A stretch of 64,000 nucleotides of DNA. It comes from Gemmatimonadota bacterium. GTDB taxonomy: Bacteria > Gemmatimonadota > Gemmatimonadetes > Gemmatimonadales > Gemmatimonadaceae. Positions 1 through 9,874 of the stretch are shown piece after piece. The stretch is taken from NCBI GenBank assembly GCA_040389905.1, contig JAZJZK010000006.1, positions 32,001 through 96,000 on the forward strand, in the 5' to 3' direction. How positions within the stretch are numbered: the stretch's first letter is position 1; each line of letters starts with the position of its first letter. A program made the translations under genes and the position numbers. The notes under the pieces were generated by a model. It had not been told where the DNA came from and ran no database searches. It was given only the letters and a program-made list of their open reading frames with translations.

Positions 1-9
1 CCATTCTCA

Positions 10-162
10 CTAGCAGTTCACTCGCGTCGACCGAGAAGCAACGCTCGTGCCTCACTGCGTCATTTACCGCCGAACGCCACGTCGCATTTTCGTCGCGACG
101 GACTCGGCAAAAACGCATGCTCGGCTCGCTACCTCGATACGGGAGGCGGGCGCGAGAGCTAG
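10..162. repeat. Nested inverted-repeat (structured REP-like or ncRNA-like) element upstream of the ALDH gene
   Basis: Nested complementary pairs CTAGC(10-14)/GCTAG(158-162), CTCGCG(21-26)/CGCGAG(151-156), TGCGT(56-60)/ACGCA(113-117), GCCGA(69-73)/TCGGC(104-108), GTCGC(81-85)/GCGAC(95-99). Confidence 0.35.
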
Positions 163-223
163 TCACGGATGAGTCGCCCGCACACATTCGTGCGAACGTT
201 TCACTCAAAACCTTACCGTCACA

Positions 224-1684
224 ATGCGCGTGCTCGAGGTCTACATCGACGGTCGCTTCGTTCGCGCGCATGGCGCCGGCGTGACCGACGTCATCAATCC
301 GGCAACGCAGGACGTGATTGCGCGCGTACCCGAGTGTGATGCGCGTGACGTGAACGCCGCAGTCGTCGCGGCGCGACGCGCGTTCGATTCGGCGCCGTGG
401 AATGTCACGACGGCGCAGGAGCGCGGCCGAATTCTCTTCCGCCTCGCACACGTCGTGCGTGAGCATGCTGCACATCTTGCCGAACTCGAGACGATCAACA
501 ATGGCAAGCCGATCGTGGAAGCGGAGTTCGACATCGCGGATGTCGCTACGTGCTTCGAGTACTATGGCGGCATGGCCACGAAAATTCACGGCGACGTCAT
601 TCCGGTTCCCGATAACGCCATGAGCCTCGCGCTCAGAGAACCGGTCGGCGTGTGTGGCCAGATCGTTCCATGGAACTACCCGTTGCTCATGGCGGCGTGG
701 AAAATCGCGCCTGCGATCTGCGCGGGGTGCACGGTCGTCTTGAAGCCTGCTGAGCAGACGCCGCTGACCATCCTGGAACTGGCGAAGCACTTCGATGGAG
801 TCGGTCTTCCGCCGGGTGTGGTGAACATCATCACCGGCGTTGGCACCAGTGGTGCGTTGCTCGTGGAGCATCCGGACGTCGACAAGATCGCGTTCACCGG
901 CAGTGCTGACGTTGGAAAAATCATCATGCGGTCGGCCGCCGACACGCTCAAGAAGATCACGCTCGAGTTGGGTGGCAAGTCGCCGAACATCCTCTTTGCT
1001 GATTCGGATTTCGAAGCGTGCGTCGACGGCGCATTGTTCGGGGTGTTCATCAACCAAGGCGAAGTATGTTCGGCAGGTAGCCGCATTCTGGTTCAGCGAC
1101 CGATCTACAAGCAGGTGATCGAGGCGATGGTCGAGAAGGCGCGTCGCATCACGCTCGGAAACGGCCTCGATCGCACAACGAAGATGGGCCCGCTCGTGAG
1201 CCGAGAGCAGCTCGATCGCGTGCTTGCGTATCTTGAGATCGGCCGTGGCGAGGCAACGCTCGCGATCGGCGGAAAACGGGCAACCGGCGCAGAGCTCGAT
1301 CGCGGTCTGTTCGTCGAGCCAACGATCTTTTACGACGTCGATACAACGGCACGCGTTGCACGGGAAGAGATTTTCGGTCCAGTGGCGTGCGTTATTCCCT
1401 TCGACGACGAGGCGGACGCGATCCGGATCGCCAATGACAGTGAATTCGGTCTCGCCGCGGCCGTGTGGACTCGCGACATCTTTCGGGCGATGCGCACGGT
1501 GAAGCAACTTCGCGCCGGAATCGTGTGGGTCAACCACATGCAACCGACCTTCGTCGAAGCACCGTGGGGCGGTTACAAACAGAGCGGCATCGGCCGCGAG
1601 CTAGGCAAGTGGGGCGTCGAGGAGTACTTGCACGTGAAGCAGGTGCACATCAACCTCGACGAGCGTCCGATTGGCTGGTACTGA
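224..1684 (+). CDS. NAD-dependent aldehyde dehydrogenase (betaine/aminoaldehyde dehydrogenase-like)
   Basis: 486 aa; PWNYP, FTGS, LELGGKSP (catalytic Glu), GEVCSAGSR (catalytic Cys), EEIFGPV. Confidence 0.95.
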   Translation: MRVLEVYIDGRFVRAHGAGVTDVINPATQDVIARVPECDARDVNAAVVAARRAFDSAPWNVTTAQERGRILFRLAHVVREHAAHLAELETINNGKPIVEAEFDIADVATCFEYYGGMATKIHGDVIPVPDNAMSLALREPVGVCGQIVPWNYPLLMAAWKIAPAICAGCTVVLKPAEQTPLTILELAKHFDGVGLPPGVVNIITGVGTSGALLVEHPDVDKIAFTGSADVGKIIMRSAADTLKKITLELGGKSPNILFADSDFEACVDGALFGVFINQGEVCSAGSRILVQRPIYKQVIEAMVEKARRITLGNGLDRTTKMGPLVSREQLDRVLAYLEIGRGEATLAIGGKRATGAELDRGLFVEPTIFYDVDTTARVAREEIFGPVACVIPFDDEADAIRIANDSEFGLAAAVWTRDIFRAMRTVKQLRAGIVWVNHMQPTFVEAPWGGYKQSGIGRELGKWGVEEYLHVKQVHINLDERPIGWY

Positions 1685-1713
1685 GTCGTGAACACTCTCA
1701 CCACCGGAATTCC

Positions 1714-4428
1714 ATGATTGCATTCACCCTCGTCGCGCTGCTGCAGGCCGCGCCGGCACAACGAGCACCACACCGCGACATCAGTGATCCTGGCGTCGTC
1801 GCGACCGGACAGCGCATTTCACCAGCGGGGGTGCAAAGTGTCTTCGACGGGCGCGTCGCGGGTGTGCGATTCGGCGCGGACCCGAGTGAAGTATGGGTGG
1901 CCGCGCCAAGCATGACGTATCGCCTCGATTGGCGCGCCAATCGCGCCGTCGCACGCGCGCGACTCGACGGTACGCCGGGTGTGCACGGCATATCCATCGA
2001 CCCGGTCACGCATCGGGTATTTGTTTCCTCGGTCGGACGACTGCCGGCGGTGTCGCAGACACCAGGCATGGCGGCTCCGCGGAATCCCGCGGTAACATAC
2101 CTGAGCGCGATGTCCGCGGATGTCGCCGGCGACAGCGCCGCGCCGACCTGGCGCACCGCAGGGCTCGGCGATTACATGGCCGGCGCGCCGGCGATTGCTG
2201 CCAGGGCCAGCTCCGACGGACGGCGTCTCGCGGCGCTCCCTCTTCCCGCGAATGATGGACTCGCCGTGCTCGACGCCGTGACGGGCGCCACCATTCGAAC
2301 GATCTCTTTAGGCGTCGAACCGATCGCGGCCGTGATCGCGAGCGATGGGAAAACCGCGTGGGTGTCCATCCTTGGCGGGCCCAAGCCGACCGGCACGCAA
2401 CGCTCGGCGATGCAGTGCTGCGACCCGCGGGTCGAGGCCGTACGTATCGATGCACGCGGCATCGCCGAGCCTGGATCCGTCAGTCGCGTCGATCTCGAGG
2501 CGGGGAAGGTGATCGCCGACATTCCAGCAGGGCGTCACCCAACGGCGCTTGCGCTCGACGAACGTCATGGCCGTCTCTTCGTTGCCGCGGGCAACTCCGA
2601 TTCGGTGTGGGTAATCGATACAAAGTCGAACGCCGTTTCTGCACGCATCGCCGTGGCACCATTTCGCGAACGGAATGCGGGGTTGGCGCCGACCGCGCTC
2701 GCGCTGACTCCAGACGGGTCGACGCTCTTCGTGTCGCTTGGTGGGGTGAATGCCGTTGCGGTCTACGACGTGAGTGGTGGCGCGGCGAGACTCTCGGGAT
2801 TGATTCCGACCGCCTGGTATCCCGCGAGCCTGGATGTGAGTGCCGACGGCAAGTATCTCGCGGTTGGCGCGCTCCTCGGCGTCGGTTCCGGCGTGGGCAC
2901 CACGAGTGGAAAACGGGGGCGGTACGTGCACGCCGTGCGTGGATCCGTGAATGTCCTGCCGCTTCCGACACCGGCCGAGCTTACCGCCTTTTCGACGGCC
3001 GTTGCGACGAACAATCGCCTCAACCTCTCCTCAGCGGCGGTGTCGCCCGCGCGCCCGGTCGCGACGTTGAAGCGCGCGGTTCCGGAGCGTCCCGGTGATC
3101 CGTCGCTGATCGAGCACGTGGTGTTCATCGTCCGGGAGAACCGAACATACGATCAGGTGCTCGGCGATCTCGATCGTGGCGCGCACGATTCGTCGCTGGT
3201 GATCTACGGACGCGACGTCACGCCGAACGCGCATGCACTGTCCGAGCAATTCGTCACGCTCGATCACTTCTTCGCATCGGGTGGCAACTCTGCGGACGGG
3301 CATCAGTGGTTGACGCAGGCGAACGAGACGGACTACCCGATGTGGCCTCTGTACTTCGGTCGTAGCTATCCCTCGGAGGGCGAGGACGCGCTCGCCTATT
3401 CCTCGGGTGGCTTTCTCTGGGAGAGCGCACAGAAGAAGAACAAGTCGGTCGTCGTCTTCGGTGAGTACGCGCCGTCGCCGAAAGGGTCGTCGGCCGCCCT
3501 GCGCTCGACGATGCTCGAGGAGTACTTCAAGCGACCCGATGATTTCGCCGGCCAGCGCGAACTACTCAGGAAGAAGTACAAGACCCACTCTGAAATTCCG
3601 TCGCTCGACCGTGCGCTCGTCGAAGAGTATCCGGGCTGGACGCAGGAGTCACCGGATGTGGTCAAGGCGGGCGATATCCTCTATCACCTCGGCGAATGGG
3701 AGAAGGCGGGAAAGATGCCGAATCTCATCATGGTCATCCTGCCGAGCGATCACACGCAGGGCACGAGCGCAGCGTGGTGTACGCCGAAGGCGTGTGTCGC
3801 CGACAACGATCTCGCGCTCGGGAAGATCGTGGACGGACTTTCGCACTCGACGTTCTGGAAGGACATGGCGATTCTCGTGGTCGAGGACGATGCACAGAAT
3901 GGCGTCGACCACATCGACGGCCACCGCACCGTGGCGCTCGCGATCTCGCCCTACGCCCGCCGTGGCATCGTGGACTCGACGTTCTATTCCCAGCCGAGCA
4001 TGGTGAAGACGATCGAGCTGATGCTTGGCCTGCCGTCGATGTCGATCTTCGACCTGGTGGCGACGGACATGCGCGCCAGCTTCATCGATGATGGTGCGGC
4101 TCCCGACCTTCGACCCTACAGCGCCCTGACGCCCACGCAATCGCTTCTCGACAAGAATCCGCGTGTTGGTGCGATCACAGGGCCGGACGCGGCGGCTCGC
4201 AAACAAGCTGCGCTCGCGTCAGCGCGCATGGTTCTCGATCGTCCTGATGAGGCGCCAACCGAGACGCTCAACCGGATACTCTGGCATGACGCGAAGGGCT
4301 GGAAGAATCCGTACCCCGACGTCAGGGCGTCCTTGTTCTTTCCAATGTCCGTCGATGTGGCCGACGAAGATCGCGAGGAGAAGAGGGAGGAGAAGCGTCC
4401 TGCGAAATCAACGAAGCGGCGCGACTAA
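1714..4428 (+). CDS. Secreted YVTN/YncE-type beta-propeller fused to alkaline-phosphatase-superfamily phosphoesterase domain
   Basis: ATG at 1714 gives signal peptide MIAFTLVALLQAAPA; propeller repeats (GRHPTALAL, VWVIDT, PTAWYPASL); phosphoesterase motifs ENRTYD, SADGH, DHT, DND, EDDAQNGVDH. Confidence 0.85.
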   Translation: MIAFTLVALLQAAPAQRAPHRDISDPGVVATGQRISPAGVQSVFDGRVAGVRFGADPSEVWVAAPSMTYRLDWRANRAVARARLDGTPGVHGISIDPVTHRVFVSSVGRLPAVSQTPGMAAPRNPAVTYLSAMSADVAGDSAAPTWRTAGLGDYMAGAPAIAARASSDGRRLAALPLPANDGLAVLDAVTGATIRTISLGVEPIAAVIASDGKTAWVSILGGPKPTGTQRSAMQCCDPRVEAVRIDARGIAEPGSVSRVDLEAGKVIADIPAGRHPTALALDERHGRLFVAAGNSDSVWVIDTKSNAVSARIAVAPFRERNAGLAPTALALTPDGSTLFVSLGGVNAVAVYDVSGGAARLSGLIPTAWYPASLDVSADGKYLAVGALLGVGSGVGTTSGKRGRYVHAVRGSVNVLPLPTPAELTAFSTAVATNNRLNLSSAAVSPARPVATLKRAVPERPGDPSLIEHVVFIVRENRTYDQVLGDLDRGAHDSSLVIYGRDVTPNAHALSEQFVTLDHFFASGGNSADGHQWLTQANETDYPMWPLYFGRSYPSEGEDALAYSSGGFLWESAQKKNKSVVVFGEYAPSPKGSSAALRSTMLEEYFKRPDDFAGQRELLRKKYKTHSEIPSLDRALVEEYPGWTQESPDVVKAGDILYHLGEWEKAGKMPNLIMVILPSDHTQGTSAAWCTPKACVADNDLALGKIVDGLSHSTFWKDMAILVVEDDAQNGVDHIDGHRTVALAISPYARRGIVDSTFYSQPSMVKTIELMLGLPSMSIFDLVATDMRASFIDDGAAPDLRPYSALTPTQSLLDKNPRVGAITGPDAAARKQAALASARMVLDRPDEAPTETLNRILWHDAKGWKNPYPDVRASLFFPMSVDVADEDREEKREEKRPAKSTKRRD

Positions 4429-5415
4429 TGCTGCTTTCTCGGCGTGTGCGGTCAGCAACGACCGCACCCGCTCGATGGCGGTGGCCGTGCGCTCCGCGAA
4501 TGTTCCGCCGAGCCTCACGTAGGGCTGATGGGCCGCGCGGAGTTCTGCCCTGAGCCGCCGAGAGTGCTCCGCGCGCCGCATATCGAGCACGCGTGTGCCG
4601 TCGTCCACCCACGGGACGTCGCCATCGAGGAGCAGGGCAAGGTCGTAGTGGCGCGAGCGCGCCGCCTGTGTAAGCCACGCCGGTCGCGCATCGAGAATCA
4701 GGTCGCTCCACGTACACGTCGTGAGCAGGTCCGTGTCGCAGATGAGCAACCGGTTCGCATCGAATACGGCGGCGTCCTCCATCGCCGCCTGGCCCCAGGC
4801 GATCGCCTCGAAATCCGGGAGCGTCAGATCGAGCGCCGGCCTGCCCGCCTCACAGTATTCACGCCCGTATTCAGGCACCCACACTGTCTCGAATTCCTCG
4901 GCGAGTGTGCGTGCGAGTGTGGTCTTTCCCGACGATTCCGGACCAAGCAGCACGACGCGACGCGCGAACCACGGCCGTGCAGCGCGGGGAAGAAAATCCC
5001 AGGTCGCCATGGGATCTTCGCGGATGGCGGAACCGGAAATGGGAACCGTGTGGCGAGCCAGGTCGACGCAATCGTGTCGCGCTCCGAGCCGCGCGGCCAA
5101 CTCATCGCCGTACATTTCCGACGTGAACACCACGTCGACGTGACCCGCGTGGCGCGCGATCACATCGAGCCACCGTGCCCAGAAGCTGGGGTGCTCCTCC
5201 GGCGTCTGGGGCAGTTCCTCGCTCACATGAAGGACGGTGCAATCCGGGTGTTCGCCGTGCATCCACCGGTGCCGCACGCCGCCGGGAATCGGCTCGGCGG
5301 CGATCGAGCACACGAGGACCGTCAGTCTGTCCACCCTGGCGCGTGCCGCGCGAATCAGGTGGGCATGCCCTGCGTGGTAGGGAAGAAACTTCCCGATGAT
5401 GAGTCCGTGCATCAT
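4408..5415 (-). CDS. nadR: NadR-like bifunctional NMN adenylyltransferase / ribosylnicotinamide kinase (no HTH domain)
   Basis: GKFLPYHAGH (HIGH-type), ISGSAIR, P-loop GPESSGKTT, EYGREY, CDTD, WVDDGTR. Confidence 0.85.
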   Translation of the reverse strand: MMHGLIIGKFLPYHAGHAHLIRAARARVDRLTVLVCSIAAEPIPGGVRHRWMHGEHPDCTVLHVSEELPQTPEEHPSFWARWLDVIARHAGHVDVVFTSEMYGDELAARLGARHDCVDLARHTVPISGSAIREDPMATWDFLPRAARPWFARRVVLLGPESSGKTTLARTLAEEFETVWVPEYGREYCEAGRPALDLTLPDFEAIAWGQAAMEDAAVFDANRLLICDTDLLTTCTWSDLILDARPAWLTQAARSRHYDLALLLDGDVPWVDDGTRVLDMRRAEHSRRLRAELRAAHQPYVRLGGTFAERTATAIERVRSLLTAHAEKAALVAPLR

Positions 5416-5493
5416 GGCGTAAGGAAAAACCCGAGTGCCCAGGAAACGTTCACGAATTTACTCACCGGCTGCCTCCGGCGACTATTTTTCTGC

Positions 5494-6624
5494 ATGCCAG
5501 AGACTCTCCAGGAGCGCGTCGCCAAGACGCTTTCGAATATCAGGAATCCGCGCACCGGCGCGGACGTCTATTCCACGCAACAGGTCCGTGACATCGCGAC
5601 GACGACGGACGGCAAAGTCCACATGACGCTGCTGCTCACGAAGGACGACGACCCGACGCTCGCGCGAACGGTCAGGCAGGAAGTGGAAAAGATCGAGGGG
5701 GTGACGGATGTGCAACTGCAAGTGAAGCCCGTTCGAATCCCGGACGGCGCCCCGCAGGGAGCGCCGCCGAAGCCCATGTCTTCCGGCCGTTCATTGCCGG
5801 TCATGGATCAGGCACCCGCCGCCCCGGCACGCCCCGCGGCGCCGACGCCCAAGCGTTATCCCAACCTCGGCAAGATCATCGCGGTGTCGTCAGGAAAGGG
5901 CGGCGTCGGCAAGTCGACTGTCGCGGTGAATCTCGCCGTCTCACTCGCGCAGAGCGGTAAGCGCATCGGCCTGATGGATGCCGACATCTACGGGCCGAAC
6001 ATTCCGCGCATGATGGGCGTGAGCGGCCAGCCTTCGGTCATCGACGAGAAGATTATCCCGCTCGAGGCGCACGGCGTAAAGTTGATGTCGCTTGGCATGA
6101 TGATCGAGCCCGACCAGCCCGCCATCTGGCGTGGGCCCATCGTCATGAAGATCATCACGCAGTTCCTGCAGGACGTTGCGTGGGGACAGCTCGACTATCT
6201 CTTTGTGGACATGCCGCCAGGCACGGGCGACGCGCAGCTCTCGCTCGTGCAGGCGACGCAAGTCGACGGTGCGCTCATCGTGACCACGCCGCAAGAGGTG
6301 AGTGTCGGCGACGCGCTTCGCGGTGTGAAGATGTTCCAGCGCGTCGGCGTGCCGGTGCTCGGCATCATCGAGAACATGAGCTGGTTCGAATGCCCGCATT
6401 GCGGAAAACCGTCTGCGCTCTTCGGCTCGGGGGGTGGCGAACGCCTGGCCGCCTCCGTCGAACTCCCACTCCTCGGGCAGGTACCGCTCTACCCACGCGT
6501 CATGGAAGGGGGAGACACCGGTAAGCCCATCGTGACCGCGGATCCGCAATCGTCCGCCGCGAAGGCGTTGGCGAAGATCGCATCAACCGTCGACACCGCC
6601 GCGCGCGCGCTCACGTCGGCTTGA
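5494..6624 (+). CDS. mrp: Mrp/NBP35 (ApbC) Fe-S cluster carrier ATPase with N-terminal DUF59-like domain
   Basis: SGKGGVGKST, DADIYGP, WRGP, DMPPGTGD, ENMS..CPHC; start re-assigned to ATG 5494 because the upstream part of the 726-aa ORF is antisense to nadR. Confidence 0.93.
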   Translation: MPETLQERVAKTLSNIRNPRTGADVYSTQQVRDIATTTDGKVHMTLLLTKDDDPTLARTVRQEVEKIEGVTDVQLQVKPVRIPDGAPQGAPPKPMSSGRSLPVMDQAPAAPARPAAPTPKRYPNLGKIIAVSSGKGGVGKSTVAVNLAVSLAQSGKRIGLMDADIYGPNIPRMMGVSGQPSVIDEKIIPLEAHGVKLMSLGMMIEPDQPAIWRGPIVMKIITQFLQDVAWGQLDYLFVDMPPGTGDAQLSLVQATQVDGALIVTTPQEVSVGDALRGVKMFQRVGVPVLGIIENMSWFECPHCGKPSALFGSGGGERLAASVELPLLGQVPLYPRVMEGGDTGKPIVTADPQSSAAKALAKIASTVDTAARALTSA

Positions 6625-6653
6625 GCGCGCACTCGCAGCGCTGAGCGCTGGAC

Positions 6654-8057
6654 GTGTCCGAGACGATCCTCGGCAGCTCGCTCCCCCTCGAGTCCCACGA
6701 GGGACTGGTTACTGTCGCGGTCACCAGCAGGTCCGAGTCCGCGCATCTCGTGAACGACCCGCTCGGGCGCACAATCGCGCGGGTCGCGCTGCCGGCGGTC
6801 GCGTCGTCGCTCTTGATGACGCTCTTCTTTTCCGTCGACACCTTCTGGATCGGAACGAAGCTCGGCTCCACGGCACTCGCGGCGGCGTCCACATCGGTAT
6901 TCTGGATCTGGCTGCTCGTGTCGATCGCGGAAATGATCAACGTGGGATTGACCGCCGTCGCGGCAAGGCGGCATGGCGAAGGGCGGCCGGAGGCGGCGGC
7001 ACGCATCGCCGGGGATGCGCTCCTCCTCGCCCTCGCGCTCGGTGCCGTGTGCACGGCGGTCGGTCTGCCACTCCTGCCGCACATGTTTGCGGTGATGGGC
7101 ACGGGGCCGGAGATCAGCGCGCTCGGGCAGCGCTATCTCGCCACGTATCTCCTCGGTGCGCCATTGCTCTTCGGCTTCTTCGCGATCGACGCGGCATTCC
7201 GCGCATCGGGAGATACGAGGACACCATTTCTCCTGCTCGTCGTGAGTGTTGGGCTGACGCTCGTCGCCGATCCCGTGCTCATCATTGGGTGGGGGCCGAT
7301 TCCCGCGCTCGGCATGTCCGGTGCGGCGATTGCCACGGTTGGCACGCGTGCCGTTGCGTTCGCGCTCGGCGTGACGATCGTGGGCCGACGAGGCGTGCTT
7401 ACCTTTGGCAAGCCGGACTGGCGTGCGCTACGGCAGGTCGCGCGCATCGGCCTGCCCACCGCCGTCACCGGCGTTGTGTTTTCTCTGATTTACGTGATGG
7501 TTACGCGCTCCGCGACGCAATTCGGAACCCCGGCGCTCGCCGCATTTGGAATTGGTCACCGTGTCGAGAGTTGGTTGTACATGATCGCCGTTGGGTTCGG
7601 CGCGGCAACGGCGGCGATCGTCGGGCAGAATCTCGGCGCCGGCCGCGCGGACCGCGCTGCACGAGCGGGCTGGCTGTCCGTCGCCTTTTGCTCCGTGATT
7701 GGACTCGTGGCGTGCATCGTGGAGTTGAGCATGCCGGAGCGATTTGCTTCGATCTTCAGCAGCGATCCCGCCGTGGTCAAGGAAGGCGCGAACTTCCTGC
7801 GGATTGCCGCGATCTCGCAGTTGGGAATCTGTGCCGAAATCGTCCTCGAGGGCGCGCTCGGCGGCGCGGGACATACGATGGCGCCGATGCTCACCTCCAC
7901 GTCGATCACTGTGCTGCGCATTCCGATCGCGGCGTGGGCGGCGTCGCGCTATGGTACGGCGGGGATCTGGTGGACGATCTCGCTGACAGCGCTTGGGCGC
8001 GCGCTGGCGATGATGGCGATCTGGAAGGCTGGCCGTTGGCGCCGGATATCAGTGTGA
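6654..8057 (+). CDS. MATE family efflux transporter
   Basis: About 12 hydrophobic segments; VDTFWIG..LG..ALAA, RASGDTRTP, GQNLGAG; exact start uncertain. Confidence 0.9.
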   Translation: MSETILGSSLPLESHEGLVTVAVTSRSESAHLVNDPLGRTIARVALPAVASSLLMTLFFSVDTFWIGTKLGSTALAAASTSVFWIWLLVSIAEMINVGLTAVAARRHGEGRPEAAARIAGDALLLALALGAVCTAVGLPLLPHMFAVMGTGPEISALGQRYLATYLLGAPLLFGFFAIDAAFRASGDTRTPFLLLVVSVGLTLVADPVLIIGWGPIPALGMSGAAIATVGTRAVAFALGVTIVGRRGVLTFGKPDWRALRQVARIGLPTAVTGVVFSLIYVMVTRSATQFGTPALAAFGIGHRVESWLYMIAVGFGAATAAIVGQNLGAGRADRAARAGWLSVAFCSVIGLVACIVELSMPERFASIFSSDPAVVKEGANFLRIAAISQLGICAEIVLEGALGGAGHTMAPMLTSTSITVLRIPIAAWAASRYGTAGIWWTISLTALGRALAMMAIWKAGRWRRISV

Positions 8058-8984
8058 CTTCTTGACGCGTTCCATGGACGGAGTGCCAGGGCCGTCCTGC
8101 GATACGATCCGCCCGAGATAGATGGCGCCTTTCAACGGATCCACTGCCCCGGTTCCATGGTGCAGCTCCGACGCCAATTCGCCGGCGCTGAGAAACACGA
8201 GCATCGTGTAGTACATCCACGAGAGGAGCACGATGACGCCGCCGATCGTGCCGTACGTCTTGTTGTAGGAGCCGAAGTGCTGCACGTACACCCGGAACAG
8301 CAGCGTGGCGGCAATCCAGAGCGCGGTACCAGCGGACGCAGCCACGATCAGATGGGCCCAACGTTGCGAAACGTTCGGGAGCAGCTTGAAGAGGGCGACG
8401 CAGAGCGCGATGACCAGGACGATGGCAACACCGGTCTGCGCGATGGCCCAAATGGCGATGACCCCCGCGTCGAGATGGAGGATGCCGCCCAACCAGTGCG
8501 CGACCCGCTCGCCGTCGAGCAACACGACTGTCGATAACAGGACGACCGCACCAGACAGCGCCAGGCACGTCAATCGGATCGCCTGTTTCTTCCACCAGGG
8601 GCGGGTCTCGCTCACGTCATACGCGACGTTGAGCGCGTCCATCAGCGAGCCGAAGATGCCTGAGCCAGACCAGCCAGCCAGCAGGACGCCAACCGACATG
8701 ATGCCGGCATTGCCGCTGGACGTGATGATCTCGAGGAGCGTCTTTCGGAGGAGTGAAAGCGCGTCCGCCGGAAGCGTCGTTGCCAGGGTGGAAATCAGCG
8801 CCTCCATCAACTCACGGCCATTCCCGACGAGTCCGAGAAGTGGTGTGAGGAACAGCAGGAGGGGGAAAAGCGAAAAGAAGAAGTAGTACGCAGTTTCCGC
8901 GGACAGGGAGAGAATGCGGTCTTCGCCGATCTCACGCACCGTCTTTTTCAAGAGCGGACCTACCCTGAAACCCTTGATGATCAT
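8049..8984 (-). CDS. YihY/BrkB family inner membrane protein
   Basis: AYYFFFSLFPLLL, ALNVAY, YNKTYGTIGGVIVLLSWMY. Confidence 0.9.
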   Translation of the reverse strand: MIIKGFRVGPLLKKTVREIGEDRILSLSAETAYYFFFSLFPLLLFLTPLLGLVGNGRELMEALISTLATTLPADALSLLRKTLLEIITSSGNAGIMSVGVLLAGWSGSGIFGSLMDALNVAYDVSETRPWWKKQAIRLTCLALSGAVVLLSTVVLLDGERVAHWLGGILHLDAGVIAIWAIAQTGVAIVLVIALCVALFKLLPNVSQRWAHLIVAASAGTALWIAATLLFRVYVQHFGSYNKTYGTIGGVIVLLSWMYYTMLVFLSAGELASELHHGTGAVDPLKGAIYLGRIVSQDGPGTPSMERVKKSH

Positions 8985-9019
8985 GGGCCTTCAGGGGGCA
9001 ATGAGCGGGCCAGACTTGG

Positions 9020-9874
9020 CTAGCGCCCCGAGGTCACCACGTCGATACCGCCGAACAGCGTCTCCGCCTTGATGCGGAGCTTGTGCGTCGCCGTCTCGAA
9101 GTTGGGCGAGTACCACCCATCGTCCCTCTTCACAAGTCCGGCGTGATCGAAGCCCGCGGCAATCCGCTGCACCTCGAGTTTCACGCCGACATCTGGCGGC
9201 ACCCTCAACGTCAACTTGCCGAGCACGAGTCGCGTGGACACGGTCAGGTCGCGCGACCAAATGCCGCCGAAATCGAGATCCACGCTGCCAATCCCGCCCC
9301 GTACGCGAATCTGGTCGGCATTGGCGTTTGCGAGGTTGCGCGCGGAAAAGTCTGCCGCGCCGACGTTCACGTCCATGTCGCGCATGCGGACGCGATTCGG
9401 CTTGGTGAACAGCAGGGTGGCGTCCGTCGCGCCGCATTCCATGCGAAGCGACGTCAGCATCATCTCGCCGAGATCGAGCGTGGATTGCGTTCCGCCGAAT
9501 TCGAGATCGAGATCGAGTGGCACGCTCCGCGGCAGCGTGAGCCGTAACTCGCCGGTGTACACGTCCCCGGGCGCCCGATGCGCGTCGTTTCCATTCGACT
9601 CGAGCCCAAGCGAGGTCGTGCGCTGATCCGCATCGTGCCGATGAAGCGGAACCGACCGGAGTTCGTCGTAGCGCAGGTGCATGGAGTAGAGCAGGCGATC
9701 ACTCGTTCCGCGCACGTCAACCTTGCCTGCACGATACTGCACGTGAATTCGCTGAGGCTGCGTGTCCCGCAGTTGGCGCGCGATGTCCACGTTTCGCCAC
9801 TGGGGGTCGCCTTGCGCCTTGGCAACCAGCGGAAGGAGACTCGCAGCGGCGGCGAGTAGTCGGAGGCGCTTCAC
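9020..9874 (-). CDS. Secreted protein with LiaF/DUF2154-like beta-rich repeats
   Basis: GTG at 9874 overlaps upstream stop (GTGA); signal peptide ending AKA-Q; repeated LDLxxG / VxxGxG beta-strand pattern. Confidence 0.6.
   Translation of the reverse strand: MKRLRLLAAAASLLPLVAKAQGDPQWRNVDIARQLRDTQPQRIHVQYRAGKVDVRGTSDRLLYSMHLRYDELRSVPLHRHDADQRTTSLGLESNGNDAHRAPGDVYTGELRLTLPRSVPLDLDLEFGGTQSTLDLGEMMLTSLRMECGATDATLLFTKPNRVRMRDMDVNVGAADFSARNLANANADQIRVRGGIGSVDLDFGGIWSRDLTVSTRLVLGKLTLRVPPDVGVKLEVQRIAAGFDHAGLVKRDDGWYSPNFETATHKLRIKAETLFGGIDVVTSGR

Noticed and set aside
4444..5493. 350-codon N-terminal extension of the Mrp ORF
   Set aside because: Antisense to nadR; Mrp-like sequence and a -10 box begin at ATG 5494.
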